DNA of 64,000 nucleotides from Alphaproteobacteria bacterium (GTDB lineage Bacteria; Pseudomonadota; Alphaproteobacteria; Rickettsiales; VGDC01): NCBI GenBank assembly GCA_022450665.1, contig JAKUPQ010000002.1, positions 15,826 to 79,825 of the forward strand, read 5' to 3'. Shown piece by piece: positions 59,657 to 64,000 of this stretch (position 1 is its first letter; each line of letters starts with the position of its first letter). The notes under the pieces were generated by a model. It saw only the letters and a program-made list of their open reading frames with translations, ran no database searches and was not told where the DNA came from. The position numbers and the translations under genes were made by a program.

Positions 59657-60772
59657 ATGAATTCATTAGGTTTTGACAAATTACCAGCACAAACCCGAGT
59701 GGTTGTAGCAATGTCCGGCGGAGTTGATTCCTCTGTCGTGGCGGCGATGCTGCACGACGAAGGATATGACGTGGTGGGGGTGACGCTTCAGCTTTATGAT
59801 CATGGTGCGGCGATTCAGAAAAAAGGTGCATGTTGTGCCGGACAGGATATTGCTGATGCCCGCCGTGTCTGCGATAGCCTGAACATTCCTCATTATGTTC
59901 TGAACTATGAAAGCCGCTTTAAGCAACAGGTGATGGATGATTTTGCCGATAGCTATCTCAATGGCGAAACTCCAATTCCGTGTGTGAAATGCAACCAAAC
60001 GGTTAAATTTAAAGATTTGCTTGGCACAGCGCGTGATTTGGGCGCGGATTGTATGGCGACAGGGCATTATGTGCAGTGGCAGGCCGGAGAAGGTGGGCGA
60101 GCGCACATGCTTCGCGGAGCAGATAACGGCAAAGATCAAAGCTATTTTTTGTTTGCAACCACACAAGAACAGCTCGATTTTCTGCGTTTTCCCTTAGGTG
60201 GTATGCATAAAGACCAAACCCGCGCTTTAGCAGAAAAATATGGGTTAGCCGTAGCAGATAAACCAGATTCGCAAGATATTTGTTTTGTACCATCCGGCAA
60301 CTATGTGTCGGTGATAGAAAAGTTACGCCCTGGTGCATGCGATCCGGGAGAAATCGTACATATCGATGGCCGTGTCCTTGGTACGCATAACGGTATTATA
60401 AACTACACCATAGGCCAACGCCGTGGTTTAGGCATCTCCGCTCCCGATCCGCTTTATGTGGTGAAAGTAGATGCGGCGCAAAAGCAGGTGGTTGTAGGGC
60501 CAAAAGAGGCTCTGCTGGAGGATCATCTTACTATAAAAGAAGTAAACTGGCTGGGTGGCGAGAATTTGCCAAAACAAGGGCTAGAGGTGGTAGTCAAGCT
60601 GCGCTCTACCCATGAAGGAAGCCGCGCAACGGTTTATGCACAAGATAATAAGCGTGCCGATATAGTGCTGCACACTCCATTGGACGCCATAAGCCCCGGA
60701 CAGGCATGTGTGATGTATGATGGCGAGCGGATGATTGGTGGTGGGTGGATTGCCAGAAAAACTCTTGATTAA
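59657..60772 (+). CDS. mnmA: tRNA-specific 2-thiouridylase
   Basis: PP-loop [24 protein letters not shown] cysteines, KDQSYFL. The ATG is at 59657. Confidence 0.93.
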   Translation: MNSLGFDKLPAQTRVVVAMSGGVDSSVVAAMLHDEGYDVVGVTLQLYDHGAAIQKKGACCAGQDIADARRVCDSLNIPHYVLNYESRFKQQVMDDFADSYLNGETPIPCVKCNQTVKFKDLLGTARDLGADCMATGHYVQWQAGEGGRAHMLRGADNGKDQSYFLFATTQEQLDFLRFPLGGMHKDQTRALAEKYGLAVADKPDSQDICFVPSGNYVSVIEKLRPGACDPGEIVHIDGRVLGTHNGIINYTIGQRRGLGISAPDPLYVVKVDAAQKQVVVGPKEALLEDHLTIKEVNWLGGENLPKQGLEVVVKLRSTHEGSRATVYAQDNKRADIVLHTPLDAISPGQACVMYDGERMIGGGWIARKTLD

Positions 60773-60781
60773 ATAGAGCCT

Positions 60782-61984
60782 TCAATTGCGTGTATAAATA
60801 TTAATCGTCAAATCGTCATCAATCCCTTTATGGGTAAAATCGCTGAATTGATCTAATACGCTTTTAAGCAATGCTGGCGCGTCACGTTTGTCTTGCGGCG
60901 TGTTATTTAGTAGCTCACCAACTTCTTGTATTTTCAAGTAGTTGTTTTTCTCATTAGGCGTTTCAACAAGCGCATCGCTATATAGCATCAACGCGTCACC
61001 TTTCATAAATGTTGTAGAATATTCTTTGTATTTTACTGTCTTTGTAGCGGCAAGTGGCAGCCCAACACCCAAAAGCATTTCATAGCCATTGTCACAGTGA
61101 AGTTTTAAAGGGTGAGGGCAACCAGCAATACAATAGTTTAGTGTGTTTTCGTTTAAATCCAGAACGGCATAAAACAATGTGCAAAACAGCTGTATGGGTA
61201 ACATCTTGTATAGCTGATGATTCAGGGTGTTCAAACATGTAGCGGGTTGCATCAATAGCGAAGCGGGCATTTTTTCTATCAGCATATGAAAGCGGAATAC
61301 ATTGATTGCAGCGGTGACGCCATGGCCGGTAAAGTCGCCTATATAAAATGCCAGTTTGGAGCCATAGCATAATGGACGCATGCCCCAGAAATCTCCGCTA
61401 ATGGTAAACGAGGGCACAAAAAGCGAGCTGATGCCTAAATCGAACTGGTTTTCAATTTCCTGTACTGATTTGCTATCGGGCATCAACAAATTCTGCATAT
61501 CCCGCGCATGTCCAATGTCTTCCGACATAGAGCTTTGATAATCTTGCAAATCTTTTAAAATATACCGCTTTTCCAGATGCAATCTGCAACGCGCATTGAG
61601 CTCTTCTTCGGTTACGGGTTTGCGCACGAGATCATTCGCCCCCATTTCAAAAACAGAGAGCCGCGCTTTTTCGTCATCCAGCGCGGTAAGGGCAAGAATA
61701 GGAATATCTTTCAAGCGAGGATGCCTACGAATTTTTTGGCATAATGAAAAGCCATCCAGCGTGGGCATGAGCAAATCAGTTATAATTAAATCCGGTTCGA
61801 TATTTTTTAGTAATTCCAACGCTTCCATGCCTTCATAAGCGCAATGAATACGGTGGAACCCAAAATTTCGCAGAGCCTCTACAATCATTCTTTGACTAAG
61901 GTGGTTATCTTCAACCACTAAAATATCTGCCTCAAGTATTCGGCTAAGCGATTGCGGCTTAATTTTTTCGAGATGATTACGCAT
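60782..61984 (-). CDS. Response-regulator receiver fused to a PP2C/SpoIIE-type phosphatase (RsbU-like)
   Basis: REC domain (ILVVEDN...DLIITDLLMPTLDG...ALTA) followed by a PP2C block (SGDFWG...DFTGHGVTAA...LYSDALVE...DDDLT). Confidence 0.85.
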   Translation of the reverse strand: MRNHLEKIKPQSLSRILEADILVVEDNHLSQRMIVEALRNFGFHRIHCAYEGMEALELLKNIEPDLIITDLLMPTLDGFSLCQKIRRHPRLKDIPILALTALDDEKARLSVFEMGANDLVRKPVTEEELNARCRLHLEKRYILKDLQDYQSSMSEDIGHARDMQNLLMPDSKSVQEIENQFDLGISSLFVPSFTISGDFWGMRPLCYGSKLAFYIGDFTGHGVTAAINVFRFHMLIEKMPASLLMQPATCLNTLNHQLYKMLPIQLFCTLFYAVLDLNENTLNYCIAGCPHPLKLHCDNGYEMLLGVGLPLAATKTVKYKEYSTTFMKGDALMLYSDALVETPNEKNNYLKIQEVGELLNNTPQDKRDAPALLKSVLDQFSDFTHKGIDDDLTINIYTRN

Positions 61985-62285
61985 TCTCTATATTAAATAA
62001 TTCCTGAAAATTAGACAGCTGAAGCATCTTCTTAATTTGGCCGGATGCACCTGAAAGCGTAACACAAATGTTCTTTTTTTGCGCTTCATCATGCAATAAA
62101 AGCAACATTCCTAAGGCGGCAGAGTCAATAAACTGTAGTTGATGAATATCTAAAGTAATAGTTTCTGGGTCTGAACCGCGAATTTCTTCGGTAATATGAC
62201 GAAACTTGCTATTGTCGCTAAAAGTAAAAGTGCCGGCCAGCTCTACGTGGTAATGCTTATCATTTTGTTGCAATAAATATTCCAC
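61977..62285 (-). CDS. STAS-domain anti-sigma-factor antagonist
   Basis: 102 aa. Conserved phosphorylatable-Ser context (FIDSAALGMLLLL). Its stop overlaps the start of the REC-PP2C gene by 8 nt. Confidence 0.8.
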   Translation of the reverse strand: MEYLLQQNDKHYHVELAGTFTFSDNSKFRHITEEIRGSDPETITLDIHQLQFIDSAALGMLLLLHDEAQKKNICVTLSGASGQIKKMLQLSNFQELFNIENA

Positions 62286-62474
62286 AATTTCCTCCTGTTA
62301 ATCTTTTTTATTACGTGTGTAAATAACGGTGGCGTAAAATTATGAAAGCGATAATATAATGAATGTAATTCCAACTTTAGGTTGTGCATATAAGCTTAAT
62401 TATATAATAGGTTGCATGTCAAACAATTTGTTCAATTTATGGAATAAGAATCTCGCATATTATTAGGAAATTTC

Positions 62475-63059
62475 ATGGATACTCCCCGCTATCACACGCT
62501 TCATCGCGTTATACACTGGACAATGGCGCTTATAATCATCAGCCTGTTTGCTGTTGGACTGTATATGACCGGTATGGAGCGCGAAAATCCATTGCGCGGA
62601 ACATTGTATGGCTTGCACAAATCCTTTGGTGTATTAATTTTGTTTTTGGTGGTGCTGCGCATCATTACTCGCTTAGCCACTAAAATTCCTGCCATGCCAA
62701 AATTTGCTAAATGGGAAAACGCGTTGGCGCATATTGTGCATTTCGCATTATATTGCCTTATGGCAGCGGTGCCGCTAGCTGGTATATGGATGTCAAATAG
62801 TTGGGGACATGGAGTGTCGTTTTTTGGTGTAGAGTTGCCGCGATTATTTGCCGAAAATAAAGAAATCGGTCCACTCGCCAGCGAAATCCATGAAATACTG
62901 GCATTTGTAATAATCGGAATTGCCTCGCTGCATATTATAGGTGCGTTAAAGCACCGTTATATTGACAAACACGACATAATTTATCGTATGGGTTTTGGGC
63001 GTATTCCTGCAAATGCCGCAAAGGCGGGTGAAGATATGCGCGATAACCCCGAATCCTAG
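62475..63059 (+). CDS. Cytochrome b561 family protein
   Basis: Four TM helices with conserved His residues (HRVIHW, LHKSFG, HFALY, EIHEILA...LHIIGALKH). Confidence 0.8.
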   Translation: MDTPRYHTLHRVIHWTMALIIISLFAVGLYMTGMERENPLRGTLYGLHKSFGVLILFLVVLRIITRLATKIPAMPKFAKWENALAHIVHFALYCLMAAVPLAGIWMSNSWGHGVSFFGVELPRLFAENKEIGPLASEIHEILAFVIIGIASLHIIGALKHRYIDKHDIIYRMGFGRIPANAAKAGEDMRDNPES

Positions 63060-63086
63060 CGGAAAGCTACTTGCTATATCCGTAGT

Positions 63087-63101
63087 TCTGCGCTAGTTTT
63101 T
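63087..63101. promoter_or_regulatory. Candidate alphaproteobacterial LexA (SOS) box GTTC-N7-GTTT upstream of recA
   Basis: GTTCTGCGCTAGTTT lies about 75 nt upstream of the recA ATG. It has one mismatch to the GTTC-N7-GTTC direct-repeat consensus. Confidence 0.35.
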
Positions 63102-63175
63102 CGGCTAAGATCGCTGTACTTGCTGCGGCATAAAACATCAGCGACATTTCACTAATCGAAGATACAGGATATATC

Positions 63176-64000
63176 ATGGACAAGCAAAAAGCTCTCGACA
63201 CCGCCCTTAGCCAGATCGAACGCGCATTTGGCAAAGGTTCTATAATGAAAATGGGTGACAGAGAAGCCGTGGATGTCCCTTCGGTTTCTACCGGATCGCT
63301 AGGGTTAGACATTGCACTCGGAATAGGCGGGTTGCCAAAAGGCCGCGTTATTGAAATTTATGGCCCGGAAAGCTCTGGCAAAACCACTCTCACCTTGCAT
63401 GTGGTCGCTGAGGCTCAGAAAAAAGGTGGCGTTTGCGCCTTTGTTGACGCAGAACACGCGCTGGATCCCGTATATGCGCGTAAATTGGGCGTGAATGTGG
63501 ATGAGCTACTAGTATCGCAGCCCGACCACGGCGAGCAGGCATTGGAGATTGCAGACACATTGGTGCGCTCCGGTGCGATTGATGTGCTTGTGATTGATTC
63601 TGTAGCAGCATTGGTGCCACGCGCCGAACTCGAAGGTGATATGGGCGATTCGCACATGGGCTTGCAAGCGCGCTTGATGAGTCAGGCATTGCGTAAGCTC
63701 ACCGGATCTATTTCCAAATCGAACTGCACCATTATTTTCATTAATCAAATTCGTCAGAAAATAGGCGTAATGTTCGGCAATCCGGAAACTACCACAGGCG
63801 GTAACGCGCTAAAGTTTTATGCTTCGGTACGTTTGGATATTCGCCGCATCGGTTCAATTAAAGATAAAGAAGAAATTGTGGGTAACAGCACCCGTGTGAA
63901 AGTGGTAAAAAACAAAGTGGCACCACCTTTCCGTGTGGTTGAATTTGATATTATGTACGGCGAAGGCATTTCTAAAACCGGTGAATTGGTCGATCTGGGT
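63176..64000 (+). CDS. recA: Recombinase A, N-terminal ~275 aa; the 3' end lies outside the window
   Basis: [27 protein letters not shown], Walker [48 protein letters not shown]. The ORF is open to the window end and is not in the ORF track. Confidence 0.96.
   Translation, partial: MDKQKALDTALSQIERAFGKGSIMKMGDREAVDVPSVSTGSLGLDIALGIGGLPKGRVIEIYGPESSGKTTLTLHVVAEAQKKGGVCAFVDAEHALDPVYARKLGVNVDELLVSQPDHGEQALEIADTLVRSGAIDVLVIDSVAALVPRAELEGDMGDSHMGLQARLMSQALRKLTGSISKSNCTIIFINQIRQKIGVMFGNPETTTGGNALKFYASVRLDIRRIGSIKDKEEIVGNSTRVKVVKNKVAPPFRVVEFDIMYGEGISKTGELVDLG

Noticed and set aside
63067-63312. 81-aa minus-strand ORF
   Set aside because: It overlaps the recA promoter and the first 45 recA codons on the opposite strand. 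recA is unambiguous.

Overview
This is a gene-dense chromosomal segment of moderate GC content that looks alphaproteobacterial. The supporting signs are a split F0 operon (atpI-atpB-atpE-b'-b), rpsT upstream of dnaA, an Irr-like Fur protein, a DUF1058 SH3 protein, a short alpha-type L36, and a GTTC-N7-GTTT LexA-like box before recA. The core of the window is the replication cluster rpsT-(rhodanese)-dnaA-dnaN-recF-gyrB.

Around that cluster are housekeeping genes: pyrD (5' partial), polA, cysK/Rrf2/dut, ubiE/ubiB, mutM, methylmalonyl-CoA mutase, rpmB, tRNA-Arg(ACG), rpmJ, the F0 ATP synthase operon, rnhB, a DUF721/DciA-like gene, UDG, ETF-QO, ispE, rne, amiC, PBP1A, prfB (with its programmed +1 frameshift), mnmA and recA (3' partial). 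I saw no CRISPR arrays, transposases, integrases or phage genes.

The parts that ordinary annotation does not explain are listed below.
1. A clear cobalamin riboswitch on the minus strand drives a small two-TM protein of unknown function. That gene's stop codon overlaps the stop codon of the B12-dependent mutase.
2. A processive GT2 synthase (QRVRW) is fused to an N-terminal MshEN-type (c-di-GMP receptor-like) domain. It is paired with a small beta-barrel OMP and abuts the F0 operon.
3. A tandem pair of diverged paralogous Gly/Ala-rich membrane proteins shares a C-terminal W-x-x-[MV]-V..S tail with the riboswitch-controlled protein.
4. A membrane fatty-acid-hydroxylase gene is translationally coupled to a signal-peptide-bearing creatininase-fold protein whose metal ligands look substituted.
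5. A two-domain cytidine-deaminase-fold protein carries a Tat-like export signal.
6. An orphan STAS plus REC-PP2C partner-switching pair has no kinase or sigma factor nearby.

All functional calls come from motif recognition by eye. No database search was run.
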